In this document: positions 63,683-64,000 of the stretch, piece by piece
Position numbering within the stretch: position 1 is the stretch's first letter
Layout of the letters: every line of letters begins with the position of its first letter
Sequence record: OP310984.1
Strand: one strand, 5' to 3'
Length of the DNA: 64,000 bases
Position numbers and translations under genes: made by a program
The notes under the pieces: generated by a model
Seen by the model: the letters and a program-made list of their open reading frames with translations, nothing else
What the model was told of the DNA's origin: nothing
Databases searched by the model: none

Positions 63683-64000
63683 ATGTTCCATGGTGCAGAT
63701 TTATCTGATGAGCCTTTAGAAAAGAAATCATCAACTACAGAAGAAAAGGTATATGCTGATCTAGAATATGAGCAGCAGATACGGTATACACAATCAGTTA
63801 AAGAGAAAGTACTAAAAGCTGTATTAGAAAATACAACTGGTAAAGTACCTACTGATAAAGAATCAGTTGATATGATTCTTAAATTAACAGATTCAATGGA
63901 TAAGACAACAATTGCTAACCGTCGTATTCAAGTTGATTCTGAGGGTGCACGCTCTAACCGTGAACTTGCTGAAGGCTTTGCTGAATTCGTTAAGATGCAA
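63683..64000 (+). CDS. hypothetical protein, truncated by window edge (MFHGADLSDEPLEKK...)
   Basis: Manual translation; GAGGA RBS; open to window end. Confidence 0.75.
   Translation, partial: MFHGADLSDEPLEKKSSTTEEKVYADLEYEQQIRYTQSVKEKVLKAVLENTTGKVPTDKESVDMILKLTDSMDKTTIANRRIQVDSEGARSNRELAEGFAEFVKMQ

Overview
AT-rich, densely coding 64-kb segment of a phiKZ-like Pseudomonas jumbo phage (Phikzvirus / Chimalliviridae), read in the reverse orientation to the usual phiKZ numbering (roughly the gp240 to gp169 interval). The assignment rests on recognisable phiKZ-type genes whose lengths match those I recall for phiKZ: virion RNAP beta (gp178-like, 1451 aa), intron-split virion RNAP beta' (gp180-like) with an HNH endonuclease (gp179-like), tail lytic transglycosylase (gp181-like, 2237 aa from the RBS-supported start), gp182-like (664 aa) and head protease (gp175-like, 270 aa). 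Positions 1-39 kb are mostly small minus-strand accessory genes organised by repeated UUCG-hairpin/TATATTAC early-promoter cassettes. They include thyA, dcd, tmk, an SspB-like ClpXP adaptor, an RlaP/YcgL-like nucleotidyltransferase, a standalone SLOG/DprA-like protein, an AAA+ ATPase and a DEDDh exoribonuclease. A plus-strand SF2 helicase operon interrupts this region. Positions 39-64 kb hold the conserved virion/RNAP core. Most striking observations: (1) a structured intergenic element at ~25.09-25.27 kb that is colinear with the 3' end of bacterial 16S rRNA (end of h44, an elongated h45, anti-Shine-Dalgarno) and can pair alternatively with the start codon of the downstream helicase; (2) a Tad1-like anti-Thoeris/CBASS sponge domain with an N-terminal extension at the end of the tail gene run; (3) a group I intron splitting the RNAP catalytic AD|FDGD motif. 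No tRNA, true rRNA gene or CRISPR array was seen. All homology calls are from motif recognition and memory, not database searches.
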